From: Eledone cirrhosa
Lineage: Eukaryota
Direction: 5' to 3'
DNA: 64,000 nucleotides
Assembly: GCA_964016885.1 (NCBI GenBank)
Contig: OZ024747.1
Location: 56,668,001 to 56,732,000 of the forward strand
Shown here: positions 27,871 to 41,199 of the stretch, in pieces
Layout of the letters: every line of letters starts with the position of its first letter
Position numbering within the stretch: position 1 is the first letter of the stretch
Position numbers and translations under genes: made by a program
The notes under the pieces: generated by a model
Database searches by the model: none
What the model was told of the DNA's origin: nothing
What the model saw: only the letters and a program-made list of their open reading frames with translations

Positions 27871-28056
27871 TGTTTATTAGCAACCTCCACTTTGATCTTT
27901 GCATAATACCTTCTAAGCCCTCCTCTCCCTTCCTCCTATCATAATTAACAAAGACCTCATTAATACCTCAGAAGATGAGATAGGGTGCAGGGAGCGTTAT
28001 ATTACATCAAGTTGGTGTTGGGTCTTCTCTTCACGTGCAATATGGTACACCGATCT

Positions 28057-28667
28057 GAGTTTGGTGCAGTGTGGTGCAGTGTGGTGCATTGTCGTGCAGT
28101 TTGGTGCAGTTTGGTACAGTGTGGTGCAGTTTGGTACAGTGCGGTGCAGTTTGGTGCACTGTGGCGCAGTTTGGTGCACTGTGGTCCAGTGTGATATTTG
28201 TGACACAGTGCGGTGCAGTTTGGTGCATCGCGGTGCAGTTTGGTGCAGTGTTGTGCTGTTTGGTGAATGTTGTGAAGTTTGGTGCATGGTGGTGCAGTTT
28301 GGTGCACTGTGATGCAGTGTGATATTGGGTGGCACAGTGTGGTGCAGTTTGTTTGTAGTGTGGTACAGTGTGGTGCATTGTGGTGTATTTTGGTGCAGTT
28401 TGATGCAGCGTCGTGCAGTTTGGTGCAATGTGGTGTAGTTTGGTGCAGTTTGGAACAGTGTAGTTCAATGTGGTACAATGTGGTGCAGTATGGAACAGTG
28501 TGATGTGATATGGTACAGTGTGGTGCAGTATGGTACAGTGTGGTGTGGAATGGTGCAGTGTGGTATGCTATGGTGCAATGTGGTGAGGATATAGTGCAGT
28601 GTGATGCAGTTGTACAGTTTGGTGCAATGTGGTGTAGTTTGGTGCAGTGTGGTGCAATCTGGTGCAG
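28057..28667. repeat. 10-bp satellite (t/g)tggtgcagt
   Basis: Direct reading. Confidence 0.9.
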
Positions 28668-28741
28668 AGCAACAATATGATGAGACATTTTAATTAGAAG
28701 ACCCACCACCACCACCTTTTACATCATATCTGTCAACAACG

Positions 28742-30330
28742 ACAACCAACACCACCAACACCACCAACACCACCAACACCACCAACACCACCAACTCCAT
28801 AAACACCACCAACACCACCATCACCACCAACACCACCATCACCACCAACACCACCAATGCCACCAACACCACCAACACCACCAACACACCATCACCACCA
28901 TCACCACCAACACTACCAACACCACCATCACCACCAACACTACCAACACCACCATTACCACCAGCACCACCATCACTACCAACACCACCATCACCACCAA
29001 CACTACCAACACCACCATTACCACCAGCACCACCATCACTACCAACACCACCACCACCACCAACACCACCATCACTACCAACACCACCACCAACACCACC
29101 AACACCACCAACTCCATAAACACCACTGACACCACCAACACCACCAACACCACTGACACCACCATCACCACCAACACCATCAACACCACCAATACCACCA
29201 ACTCCATAAACACCACCAACACCACCAACACCACCAACACCACCATCACCACCAATACCACCAACTCCATAAACACCACCAACACCACCAACACCACCAA
29301 CACCACCATCACCACCAATACCACCAACTCCATAAACACCACCATCACCACCAACACCACCAACACCACCAATACCACCAACTCCATAAACACCAGCAAC
29401 ACCACCAACACCACCAACACCACCAACACCACCATCACCACCAATACCACCAACTCCATAAACACCACCAACACCACCAACACCACCAACACCACCATCA
29501 CCACCAATACCACCAACTCCATAAACACCACCAACACCACCAATACCACCAACTCCATAAACACCAGCAACACCACCAACACCACCAACACCACCAACAC
29601 CACCATCACCACCAATACCACCAACTCCATAAACACCACCAACACCACCAACACCACCAACACCACCATCACCACCAATACCACCAACTCCATAAACACC
29701 ACCAACACCACCAACACCACCAACACCACCAACGCCACCAACACCACCTGCACCACCAACACCACCAACACCACCATCACCACCAACACCACCTACACCA
29801 CCAACACCACCAACACCACCAACACCACCATCACCACCAACACCCCCCTACACCACCAACACCACCAACACCACCAACACCACCATCACCACCAACACCC
29901 CCTACACCACCAACACCACCAACACCACCAACACCACCAACACCACCAACGCCACCAACACCACCTGCACCACCAACACCACCAACACCACCATCACCAC
30001 CAACACCACCTACACCACCAACACCACCAACACCACCAACACCACCATCACCACCAACACCCCCCTACACCACCAACACCACCAACACCACCAACACCAC
30101 CAACACCACCAACACCACCAACACCACCATCTCCACCAACACCACCAACACCACCATCACCACCAACACCACCTACACCACCACAACCACTTCCTCTTCC
30201 ACCACCTTGCTATGCCATATCTATCACCAACAACACCACCACCACCACCATTAACACCATCACCACCATTTCCGTAATCTCCCCAACCCTCCCCTTCTAA
30301 ACTACCACCACCACCACCACCACCACTATC
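28742..30330. repeat. 9-bp (caccaccaa)n satellite with higher-order ctccataaa variant
   Basis: Direct reading. Confidence 0.9.
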
Positions 30331-30434
30331 TCCCTCCTCCTCCCCCTCCTCCTCATACACTGCCTCATTCCATTCTTCTTTTGTTTACTATTAAACATGA
30401 AATGGGTGTGGCAGGGAGGCATGTTGGTTCCTGC

Positions 30435-32487
30435 GGTGGTGGTGGTGGTGGTGGTGGTGTTGGCGGTGGTGGTGTTGTTGTTGGTGGTGGTGGTGGTAGT
30501 GTTGGATATGGTAGCAGTGGTGGTAATGGTGGTGGTGATAGTGGTGGTGTTGGACATGGTAGCAGTGGTGGTGGTGGTGGTGGTGGTGGTGATGGTGGTG
30601 GTGGTGGTGGTAGTGGTGGTGGTGGACATGGTAGTGGTGGTGGTAGTGTTGAATATGGTAGTGGTGGTGTAGTGTTTTGTGGTGTAGTGTGTTGTAGTGT
30701 GGTGTGATGTGGTGTAGTGTGGTGTGGTGTAGTGCGGTGTCGTGTTGTGTCGTGTGGTGTAGTGTAGCGTAGTGTGTTGTGGTGTGGTGTAGTGTGTTGT
30801 GGTGTGGTGTAGTGTGGTTTGGTGTAGGGTGGTGTGGTGTAGTGTAGTATAGTGTTGTGTTGTGAAGTTGGTGGTGTAGTGTGGTGTAGTGTGGTGTGGT
30901 GGGGTGTGGTGTGGTGTGGTGTGGTGTGGTGTAGTGTAGTGTGGTGTAGTGTGTTGTGATGTTGGTGGTGTAGTGTGGTGTGGTGTGGTGTGGTGTAGTG
31001 TGGTGTGGTGTGGTATAGTGTTGTGTGGTGTGGTGTGGTGTAGTGTAGTGTGGTTTAGTGTGGTGGGGTGTGGTATAGTGTGGTGTGGTGTCGTGTTGTG
31101 ATATTGGTGGTGTAGTGTGGTGTGGTGTGGTGGGGTGGGGTGTGGTATAGTGTGGTGTGGTGTGGTGTTGTGATATTGGTGGTGTAGTGTGGTGTGGTGT
31201 GGTGTGGTGGGGTGTGGTATAGTGTGGTGTGGTGTGGTGTTGTGATATTGGTGGTGTAGTGTGGTGTGGTGTGGTGTGGCGGGGTGGGGTATAGTGTGGT
31301 GTGGTGTGGTGTTGTGATATTGGTGGTGTAGTGTGGTGTGGTGTGGTGTGGTGTAGTGTAGTGTGGTATAGTGTGGTGTGGTGTAGTGTGGTGTGGTGTA
31401 GTGTAGTATAGTGTTGTGTTGTGAAGTTGGTGGTGTAGTGTGGTGTAGTGTGGTGTAGTGTGGTGTAGTGTGGTGTGGTGTAGTGTAGTATAGTGTTGTG
31501 TTGTGAAGTTGGTGGTGTAGTGTGGTGTAGTGTGGTGTGGTGTAGTGTAGTGTGGTATAGTGTGGTGTGGTGTAGTGTGGTGTGGTGTAGTGTGGTGTAG
31601 TGTAGTGTGGTATAGTGTGGTGTGGTGTAGTGTGGTGTGGTGTAGTGTAGTATAGTGTTGTGTTGTGAAGTTGGTGGTGTAGTGTGGTGTAGTGTGGTGT
31701 GGTGTAGTGTAGTGTGGTATAGTGTGGTGTGGTGTAGTGTGGTGTGGTGTAGTGTGGTGTAGTGTAGTGTGGTATAGTGTGGTGTGGTATAGTGTGGTGT
31801 GGTGTAGTGTGGTGTAGTGTAGTGTGGTATAGTGTGGTGTGGTATAGTGTGGTGTGGTGTAGTGTGGTGTAGTGTAGTGTGGTATAGTGTGGTGTGGTAT
31901 AGTGTGGTGTGGTGTAGTGTGGTGTAGTGTAGTGTGGTATAGTGTAGTGTGGTATAGTGGGGTGTGGTATAGTGTGGTGTAGTGTGGTGTGGTGTGGTAT
32001 AGTGTGGTGTGGTGTAGTGTAGTGTGGTATAGTGGGGTGTGGTATAGTGTGGTGTAGTGTGGTGTGGTGTGGTATAGTGTGGTGTGGTGTAGTGTAGTGT
32101 GGTATAGTGGGGTGTGGTATAGTGTGGTGTAGTGTGGTGTGGTGTGGTATAGTGTGGTGTGGTGTAGTGTAGTGTGGTATAGTGTAGTGTGGTATAGTGG
32201 GGTGTGGTATAGTGTGGTGTAGTGTGGTGTGGTGTGGTATAGTGTGGTGTGGTGTAGTGTGGTGTAGTGTGGTGTAGTGTAGTGTGGTATAGTGTAGTGT
32301 GGTATAGTGTGGTGTGGTGTAGTGTGGTGTAGTGTAGTGTGGTGTAGTGTGGTGTAGTGTAGTGTGGTATAGTGTAGTGTGGTATAGTGTGGTGTGGTGT
32401 AGTGTGGTGTAGTGTAGTGTGGTATAGTGTAGTGTGGTATAGTGGGGTGTGGTATAGTGTGGTGTAGTGTGGTGTGGTGTGGTATAG
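30435..32487. repeat. (GGT)n followed by pentanucleotide (GTGTG/GTGTA/GTATA) satellite
   Basis: Direct reading; source of the HHTT ORF. Confidence 0.9.
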
Positions 32488-32764
32488 TTAGGAGGGCTTC
32501 AGTAATGGGTGGGGGAGGATATGGGGTAGTGAAAGGCTCAGCTGGTGTGGTGTGGTATTGTGAAGAGGGGAGGGTGGAGGAAGTAAGACACATGGGTGGA
32601 GTGGAAGAGAGGGTAGTGAAGGGGTAGGTTGTGTCAATCTGTTATTGTGAGGAGGGGGTGGGGGGTGAAGCTGCAACATGTGTCTGGGGGGGGTAGTGGT
32701 TGGTGGTGGGGGAGATGTGGGTGTTGGTGATAAATCAGAATGAACTGGAAAGAGGAAAATAAGA

Positions 32765-33657
32765 TGTTGTGTGTGTGTGCATGTGTGTGAGCTTGTGTAT
32801 GTGTATGTATGTGTGTGTGTGCTTGTGTGTTGTGTGTATGTGTGTGTGTATGTGTGTGTGCATGTGTGTGTATGTGTGTATGTGTGTATGTGTGTATGTG
32901 TGTGCATGTGTGTGTGTATGTGTTTGTGTGTGTATGTGTGTATGTGTGTATGTGTGTATGTGTGTGTGTGTGTGTATGTGTGTGTGCATGTGTGTGTGTG
33001 TGTGTGTGCGTGTGGTATGTGTGTGTGTGTGTGCGTGTGTGTGGGCATGTGTACGTGTGCATTTGTGTGTATGTTTTTGTAAATGTATATATGTGTATGT
33101 GTGTTTGTATGTTGGTGTCTATGTGTACATGCATGCGTTCATATTATGTGTATATGGATATGTTTGTGTCTATATGTAAATGTATATGGTTGAGTCTATG
33201 TGTATATGTATGTTTGTGTATATGTGTATATGTATATGTGTATGTGTATATGTTTGTGACTATGTATATATGAATATGTTTGTTTATATGTGTATATGTA
33301 TATGTGTATATGTATATGTTTGTGTCTATGTGTATATGTATATGTTTGTGTATATGTGTATATGTATATGTATATGTGTATGTGTATGTGTATATGTTTG
33401 TGTCTATGTATATATGAATATGTTTATATGTGTATATGTATATGTGTATATGTATATGTTTGTGTCTATGTGTATATGTATATGTTTGACTGTATGTGCA
33501 CATGTATATGTTTGTGTCTATGTGTATATGTGTATATGTATGTGTTTGTGTGTACGTGTACATGTATGTGTTTGTGTATGTACTATGCATGCATGTGTGC
33601 CTGTATTTGTGTGTGTTTATATATATTTATGTTTGTGTGTATGTGTTTCTATGTGTG
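32765..33657. repeat. (TG)n/(TATG)n degenerate microsatellite
   Basis: Direct reading. Confidence 0.9.
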
Positions 33658-34024
33658 ACATAATGTGAGGTAGGTCAGGTGCCTGTAGGATGAAACAGGT
33701 TGGGAGGTGAAGGAGGATTCAGATGAGGAAGAGGTGGAGGTGGAGGAGGTGTATGTGGTGAGGAAGAGTGACTGCTTAATTAATCTTCGGATGTACAATT
33801 AAACATGGAAACTGTCTTTTCATACATGCCTTCTCCTTCTCTTGCTCCTTCCATCGTTCCATCCTTTCTCTAGCATCTTACATCATGCCCTCCTCTTGTG
33901 TATATATATGTATATATATATATATATATATTTAAAGGTTAAACAAGGTTCAATGAATAAATCAAATAATTAGTTTTACAATAGATTGGAAGCCCTCAAC
34001 AGTGTTGGTTTTCCGGAGTTATTA

Positions 34025-34441
34025 ATATTAATTCAAAATATTAACAAAAATAGAACTTCTTGTGATTAAGTATATTTTATTATACATATTTCAGAGGTAC
34101 TGTGCTAACTTCAACAGTACGTCCTCATCAGATAAAATAAGATGATGCATGACATACCCTGACATAGTAGATGGTTAAGATCCAGTCATGGCAGTGAGTA
34201 AGATATGACAAAACTTATATATATACTGTATATAAGATATATAAATATTGAGTTTTGTCATATCTTACTCACTACCATGACTGGATCTTAACCATCTACT
34301 ATGTCAGGGTATGTCATGCATCATCTTATTTTATCTGATGAGGACGTACTGTTGAAGTTAGCACAGTACCTCTGAAATATGTATAATAAAATATACTTGA
34401 TCACAAGAAGTTCTATTTTTGTTAATATTTTGAATTAATAT
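34025..34441. repeat. Fold-back element, ~191-bp arms, with hammerheads
   Basis: Arms 34025-34215 / 34251-34441, two mismatches seen, TA-rich spacer. Confidence 0.9.
34327..34393 (+). ncRNA. Type I hammerhead ribozyme (mirror copy on minus strand ~34073-34139)
   Basis: tattttat CTGATGA ggac gtactgt tgaagttagc acagtac ctct GAAA tatgtaT A ataaaata. Confidence 0.8.
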
Positions 34442-34469
34442 ATATATACATATATATATATATACACAC

Positions 34470-34504
<35 letters not shown>

Positions 34505-34520
34505 TATACGTATATATATA

Positions 34521-34564
<44 letters not shown>

Positions 34565-34629
34565 TGTACCCATAACATCTGGTGTTGCTGTAAGAGTGTT
34601 GTTGTGAAATACAGTATGTTTTGAATATT

Positions 34630-34859
34630 TTAACTCTTTAGCATTTATGTTACTCTATATATACTATTGTATTTTTGTGGTAAAGGCTTTATCTCACATA
34701 ATTATATTACATAATATCGAATCTATGAGATTTTGATATTATTTATTTTGAGAACAATACCTTAACATCAGTATCAGTGGCCTGTTAACAGCTGGTTTGA
34801 ACAGAAAGAGGTGAGAGAATTCTGGCCAAATATGACCAGTATAAATGCTAAGGGGTTAA
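34630..34859. mobile_element. piggyBac-type MITE (copy 3)
   Basis: TTAA ends, TIR variant, shared interior. Confidence 0.8.
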
Positions 34860-35416
34860 AGCTGATGGATCCGATCCTATTCCTGCTCTGAACACAGCCA
34901 ATTTGTTTCTAGAGAAGGAAAGAGAGGAAATGATAACAAGATATAGAGGAAGAATTGACCCTAGTACTGGACTGATACTTTTATTGATCACAAATAGAGG
35001 AAAAGCAACATTGACATAGGCAAGATTTGAACTTGGAGTGCAGTGAGTCAGAACAAATATCACAAATAATCTACCTGACATTCTATTGACTCTGCCTGGT
35101 TATGCTGCCAATAAAAACATACACACACTTGTTGGTTTTCACTTCAATTTATTATAATCTCCCAGTTGACTTTTTTTTAATACCTGGATACCTGGATGGT
35201 TGTTTATATGTTGATTATCAAAGCTTCTTCGTCACACATTCTGTGACCTCCTCAGTGACATATTTTTATGTCCCTCTCAAAGTGTAACAATATCAGCATA
35301 CGTTTTCAAATTAGAAATCTTGCAAAACAAATAAAAAACAGAATATATAACTTTATCGCGGGTTCAATTGGGGGTAAGCACAGTAAGTAAGGTACTCAAT
35401 ACAAAGCTGAGTATAA

Positions 35417-35546
35417 ATATTTAATATAGAAATAGCTTCTACAAGACTAACACTGTTTCATTCGGGAAAAATCATCAGGGCTTCCTGATGATTTCTCCCG
35501 AATGAAACAGTTCCAGTCCTGTAGAAGCCATTTCTATATTGAATAT
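35417..35546. repeat. Fold-back palindrome centred on a hammerhead
   Basis: ...atcatcagg gctt cctgatgat...; ~63-bp arms. Confidence 0.85.
35479..35529 (+). ncRNA. Type I hammerhead ribozyme
   Basis: ggcttc CTGATGA tttc tccc gaat GAAA cag ttccagtc ctgT A gaagcc: 6-bp stem I, 4-bp stem III, GUA site. Confidence 0.85.
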
Positions 35547-35559
35547 ATATATATATATT

Positions 35560-35905
35560 GGAGGCACATGGCTTAGTGGTTAGAGCATTGGCCTTGCAAT
35601 CGAAAGGTTGTGAGTTCAATTCTCAGACCGGGTGATGTGTTGTTTCCTTGAGCAACACACTTTATTTCACATTGCTCCAGTTTACTCAGCTGTAGAAATG
35701 AGATGATAGGGACTGGGGTCCATATCATTCCACTGCAAAGTGGTCGTGGAGGTGCCACGGCAAAAAAAGCACCCAGCACTCACTGTAAATGAGGTTGGTG
35801 TTAGGAAGGGCATCCAGCTGTAGAAATCAAGCCAAAATCAGTTTCCGTCCCACCCTTGCAAGCAGGGAAAAAGCGGACGTAAAATAAAATGATGATGATG
35901 ATGAT
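35560..35905 (+). mobile_element. SINE family A, full length
   Basis: ggaggcacatggcttagtggttagagc A box, gagttcaattc B box, CORE-like body, RTE tail, (GAT)n. Confidence 0.9.
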
Positions 35906-35992
35906 ATATTTATGTGTATATATATATATATATATATATAAATTTTTTTTGTATACATATACACATATATATATATATATATATATATTAGA

Positions 35993-36033
35993 CTGAGCTG
36001 ATGATCAGTTGAGGTGAAACAAATTGTTCTCGG
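35993..36033 (+). ncRNA. Minimal hammerhead, same family as 3877
   Basis: ctgag CTGATGA tca gttga ggt GAAA caaattgT T ctcgg; stem II weak. Confidence 0.65.
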
Positions 36034-36435
36034 AAATGGTGTACTAACCGTTGTGAACCTACTTATATATATATATATTAGTATTGGTGCTCTGAAATAG
36101 GGATGTATATATGAATGTACATATAGTGTATTTGATAATATGCTGTGAGTTTAAACAGCTCATAAACATAACTGGAATTCTATAAGAATACAGCTTCTAT
36201 AATTCTTGGCAGAGGCAAAGGGGTATGTAGTCTTGACAACCACTTACAAGTGAGAAACGGTACCACCGTCGATTACTCCACTTTACGTTTGCTGAAACTA
36301 TGTGACGTAGTCACTTCTTTAAAATTCATAGTGAATGGACTTCAAAATGTTTTTAAATAAACATACAGTATATTATCAAATATACTATACATACATTCAT
36401 ATATATATATATATATATATATAGATGTGTGTTGT

Positions 36436-36557
36436 GAAGGCGTGTGGCTGAGTGGTTAGAGAATCGGATTCGCAATCGTAAGGTTGTGAGTTCGATTCCT
36501 GGACCAGGCGGTGCGTTATGTCCTTGAGCAAGACACTTTATTTCACGTTGCTCCTTC
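36436..36557 (+). mobile_element. SINE family A head
   Basis: tggctgagtggttaga / gagttcgattcc boxes and gtccttgagcaagacact. Confidence 0.8.
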
Positions 36558-37281
36558 TACCTGGAGTTGCGACCGATAGATAGTATTAGCAATTGGAAAG
36601 ACCAACGGAAACATTGTTCCCTCGGTCCGATTTGACGAAAGTCGATCGTTCCTTTATATAGATGTGTGTGTAGGTAAATATGTGTATTCATATATGTGTC
36701 AATGAGTGTTGTGTGTACTTTTTATTTCTGCATTTCTAAGTGTATTTTTGTTCATGCCTTCTCTTTTCCTTTGTACTTTCCAAATGTAAAATATTTTCCA
36801 ATCTATATTTTAGACAGCCTTAAGTGAATTTCAGGGCAAACCGAAATTCTGTTAGCTTGAAGGTTCACACTCAATTAGAAAGGCTAATATTTAATCTTTA
36901 CTTGCATATATTAAAGAGAAGGAGATCTTGAAAAGCTGAAATGATTTCAAACAAACAAGAGAAAAATACGTAAAAATATAATGAAAAACTGAGAGGGTTA
37001 GTGTTAGGGTTAGGGTTAGTGTGGTGGTGATTGGGATGACTGAGGAGAATGGGGGGACGTAATATAAAAATAACATAGAAAAAACAAGTAAAAAAAAACA
37101 CCATCAAATAAATTTGCTTCCGGAATATTAAGTTAAATAGACAAAATGAATGGAAAGACAGATAGAATGATGAAGTATTTGCTTGTAAGGGCATGCATGT
37201 GCATATAACGTGCATGTAAACTTTTGTCTATGGAGTGAGCATGTACTTTTGTGTGGGCATTCATCTGACTCTCTTACTCTC

Positions 37282-37325
<44 letters not shown>

Positions 37326-37330
37326 AGTAT

Positions 37331-37377
<47 letters not shown>

Positions 37378-37440
37378 TGTGTGTGTGGGTGTGTGTGTGT
37401 GTGTAGATCCTGCCTGAAATTGAAGGTGACTAGAGTAAAT

Positions 37441-37574
37441 AATTGTTTCTACTTTTGGCACAAGGCGAGCAATTACCCAGTACATTACTGGTACTTTATT
37501 TTATCGACCCCGTAAGGATGAAAGGCAAAGTTAACCTCGGTGGGATTTGAACTCAGACCGTAAAGAGACGTAAC
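37441..37574 (-). mobile_element. SINE family B (5' part missing)
   Basis: Conserved core and B box. Confidence 0.8.
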
Positions 37575-37586
37575 CACCTAGAGTAA

Positions 37587-37777
37587 ATAATGTACTCAAT
37601 AGATTAGTAGAGTGAGAACAACAAAATTTAATATAAAAATTAGTCCCTACAGGACTATAACTGTTTCATTTGTATGAAATTGTGATGATTTCATACAAAT
37701 GAAATAGTTCTTGTCTTGTAAAACCTATTTCCATATTAAATTTCGTTCTCACTCTACTAATGTATTGAGTACATTAT
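37587..37777. repeat. Fold-back palindrome, same family as 35417, decayed hammerhead
   Basis: Centre 37681-37687; gTGATGA tttc atac aaat GAAA tag ttcttgtc ttgTA. Confidence 0.8.
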
Positions 37778-38431
37778 ATACGCTGGTTACCTCTAATTTC
37801 ACTCATCATCTACACACATATATAAGTAAGGATGGATTCAGTTTGAAACTAGTTAGCCCATTACTCAAGAGAGTACTCAATACTTGGAGTAGTAGAGTAT
37901 GGTTATATTATAAAGATTCACCAGCTAGTTCCAGACTGGAACTAGCTGTTGAAACAGCAAGAGCTCATTAGATAAGAGAAAGTTAAAAAAAAAAAAAATA
38001 ATAATCATTCTAAAAACCAATTTCATTGTTAAACAGAAATTTATGTTTACTGTCATTTTTGTCAATGTTATTTTTTGTAATCTTCATTTTTATCTTTCCT
38101 TGCTCGACTTTAATTAGTTTAAAGCTTCTTGAATCATTTGAACTTGTGATTGTAACAGTTAATTTATTTTGACATAAGGATAACTTCTGAGGAGAAGATA
38201 AAATAAATGAAATTTTACAAGAGTTCTAGAATGAAATAGTTTAATATGCAGCATATGTCAGTGGAAGGTGAACCTGCATAACTCATTACTATTTTTATGA
38301 AATAATTTTTTTTATATAATAACGAGCATGAAGAGATTATTATTTGACATAGCTTTCATTTCCTCATCTAATGATTAATTGGAAAATGTTCCATATTAAG
38401 CTTGAAGTCATAATGTATAACCCCTCCAGTA

Positions 38432-38639
38432 TGGGCAGTGGCTTGGCAGTATCGGTAGAACATTGCTTTTAGGCATAGAGTTACAGCTCTTTACATTCTG
38501 AGTTAAGATCCCGCTGAGGTTAGCTTTGCCTTTTATCCTTACGGGGTCGATAAAATAAAGTACCAGTCACACACTGAGGTTGATTTAATTAACTTTCTCC
38601 TTGCCCAAAATTGCTAGCCTTGTGCCTAAAGTAGAAACA

Positions 38640-38685
<46 letters not shown>

Positions 38686-38873
38686 GGGCGGTGGTTTGAC
38701 AGTATCGGTAGAGCATCAGACACCATGCTTTGCAGCATAGGAGTTATGGCCCTTTACATTCTGGGTTCAAATCCCGCCGGGGTGAACTTTGCCTTTTATC
38801 CTCACTGGGTCGATAAAATAAAGTACCAGTAATGCACTGGGATAATTGCTGGCCTGTGCCAAAAGTAGGAACA

Positions 38874-38920
<47 letters not shown>
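38432..38920 (+). mobile_element. Two tandem SINE family B copies, each with an (ATT)n tail
   Basis: 38432-38641 and 38686-38875; tggcagtatcgg-type A box, g(a/g)ttcaaatcc-type B box. Confidence 0.85.
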
Positions 38921-39221
38921 AGTTGCATTTATCTTGCTTTATGTTCATACGAGTTATCACCAAGTCACAACCAGTGACCTCAAGAGACAACAAGGTCCGC
39001 CATGTTCAAGAAAGAACATACATACTCACACATGCATCTTTAGTGTTTAGACTTGTGATGTACTTATATTGACAGAATCTTCCTTAGTATATGGGCAGTT
39101 CCCATTAGTACTATCTTTTGTATTTCTCCTATACGCGGGTTTCCTGGGATTTGCGATAAGTAATCATTAGACCACTTAGGTATCATTCCCAGAGCGCCTA
39201 CAACCACTGGTATTGTTTTAG

Positions 39222-39269
<48 letters not shown>

Positions 39270-39289
39270 CATTAGGGGATGAAAGCTGT

Positions 39290-39612
39290 TTAATGGACCC
39301 AAGTGGCAGATGTGCGGCATGGAAACCAAGCCCCAATTTGGAATTTGGTAGATGATGACGGCTGTATGGTACATGCTCCCAAGCAGAAGTACACAGTTTT
39401 TTAGCAACACTTTGCAAAAATATTCAGGATCAGTGATAGGCGAGATCAAGAGAAGGATTTCAGGGCCTACCTCAATGGTCTGCCACAACTCTCAGTGAAG
39501 GAGGCAGAGTGGTCCAAAAAACTGATAACAGCTGCTGAAAATATGGGATGTGATGTCTAACTGCACCAGAAACAATCCCCTGGTTTGGATGGTCTGCCTA
39601 TGAGCTTTATGC
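39290..39612 (+). pseudogene. Tx1/L1-clade ORF2 fragment (pre-RT linker), frameshifted
   Basis: ..QHFAKIF..YLNGLPQLSVKEAEW..ITAAE..SPGLDGLP-YELY. Confidence 0.75.
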
Positions 39613-39871
39613 AAACATTTTTGTCTTTATTTGTGTAATTTTCCAAAAGGCATAAATTGTCATACCTGTTTTGTTGCATCCCAATGTACATTTGGAATGA
39701 ATAGTAACAACCTTAATGCATTGAAACTGTAGTGATTTCCAGAGATTGACTGAGGAAATGGAACTGTCCGTTTAATATTATTTTTTCTCTTGTCTTTGTC
39801 CTGTTGACCTCCTGTTTTGAATTCATATTCTTAAGTATTAGCCATGCAGGCTTTTTCAAAAACTATATATG

Positions 39872-39902
<31 letters not shown>

Positions 39903-40163
39903 TTCTGTGTGTGTGTGTGTGTGAAGTATAGGTAGATATGAAACACAGTTGATATATCTGCCATAAATATCAAAAGTAAATTGAATTATTCCATTGAGCT
40001 AGGAGATGAGAAAAAAAAGAAAAATATTAATGCAATACACAAATAGACACATCCATACGTATACATACACATACATATATATACGTACATTAATATACAC
40101 ACCACACACATATAAGTATATATATGTGTATTATATATTCATTTCTCTCTCTCTCTCTCTCTC

Positions 40164-40363
40164 NNNNNNNNNNNNNNNNNNNNNNNNNNNNNNNNNNNNN
40201 NNNNNNNNNNNNNNNNNNNNNNNNNNNNNNNNNNNNNNNNNNNNNNNNNNNNNNNNNNNNNNNNNNNNNNNNNNNNNNNNNNNNNNNNNNNNNNNNNNNN
40301 NNNNNNNNNNNNNNNNNNNNNNNNNNNNNNNNNNNNNNNNNNNNNNNNNNNNNNNNNNNNNNN
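40164..40363. other. Assembly gap (200 N)
   Basis: Run of n. Confidence 1.
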
Positions 40364-40552
40364 ACGGGCAGGGTTGTTAAATACTTATTGATATAGAATA
40401 CTTTTTCACCAAGCTTTAGGTTAGAAATGAATGTATTTTTGCCCTAGTTTAAAGTAATATTTAAAGATTTAACTATACTAAGATTGCTATCATATATAAT
40501 TCTTAGATTGCCCATTTTCTTTGTTTAAGCTTCCATTATTTACAAGAGCTCA

Positions 40553-40742
40553 AGGGCGGTGGATTGGCAGTATTGGTAGAGGGTCGGACGCCATGCTTTG
40601 TAGCACAGTTACGTCCCTTTACGGACTGAGTTCAAATCCCGCTGAGGTTAACTTTGCCTTTCATCCTTACGGGGTCGATAAAATAAAGTACCAGTAATAC
40701 ACTGGGATAATTGCTGGCCTTGTGCCTAAAGTAGAAACAATT
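40553..40742 (+). mobile_element. SINE family B
   Basis: gggcggtggattggcag head, core; possible TSD ttatttacaagagct on both sides. Confidence 0.85.
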
Positions 40743-40904
40743 ATTTACAAGAGCTTTATACTAACTAAATCTGTCCATGCTTCTAGGTGCCCGTGTAATA
40801 AATACAATTAACTATTGCTAGGAACCTCACAAATACAATATGCCAAAATATATTATCAAAGTGAGTGAAAGAAAAAGGGAAACAAACACAAAACAACAAT
40901 CAAT

Positions 40905-41140
40905 TCACCCCCAAATGCAACAAGAGGTTGCACATCACAAGGGGCAATGCAAATGTTATTCCATTCCGCAATGGAAGCAGTGACACTCACATTTACTGCA
41001 GCATCCATGATGTAGGAGGGAGCAAAAGACTCACTGACTGTGATGTCTCGGATGAGACATATGCTTCTTACTCAGGGACAAAGAGTATGACAGTCTTGTC
41101 TCTTCCATTCACTTCTGGATAATCTGGCTTGCTCCAGAAA
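40905..41140 (-). pseudogene. Restriction-like endonuclease fragment of a CRE-like non-LTR element
   Basis: Minus strand LEQARLSRSEWKRQDCHTLCP*VRSICLIRDITVSESFAPSYI resembles the L-R-DGKRPDG-TL-PW--G--L-WD-TV-DT-APSY motif. Confidence 0.6.
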
Positions 41141-41199
41141 TGAGGGTATATTTACCTGAGCTATGGCCCACTTAATGATATATATATATATAAATATAT

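Noticed and set aside
28839-32593. 317-aa and 512-aa repeat ORFs
   Set aside because: Direct products of the 9-bp and 5-bp satellites.
35417-35546. A/G-biased arm mismatches as an A-to-I editing footprint
   Set aside because: Paralogous copies (~37650, ~56785) each carry G at one of these sites, pointing to ordinary G-to-A decay.
35560-35635. tRNA gene
   Set aside because: A and B boxes belong to a multi-copy SINE head continuing into a CORE-like body.
36993-37020. Interstitial TTAGGG repeats
   Set aside because: Only two to four imperfect units; expected by chance in this context.
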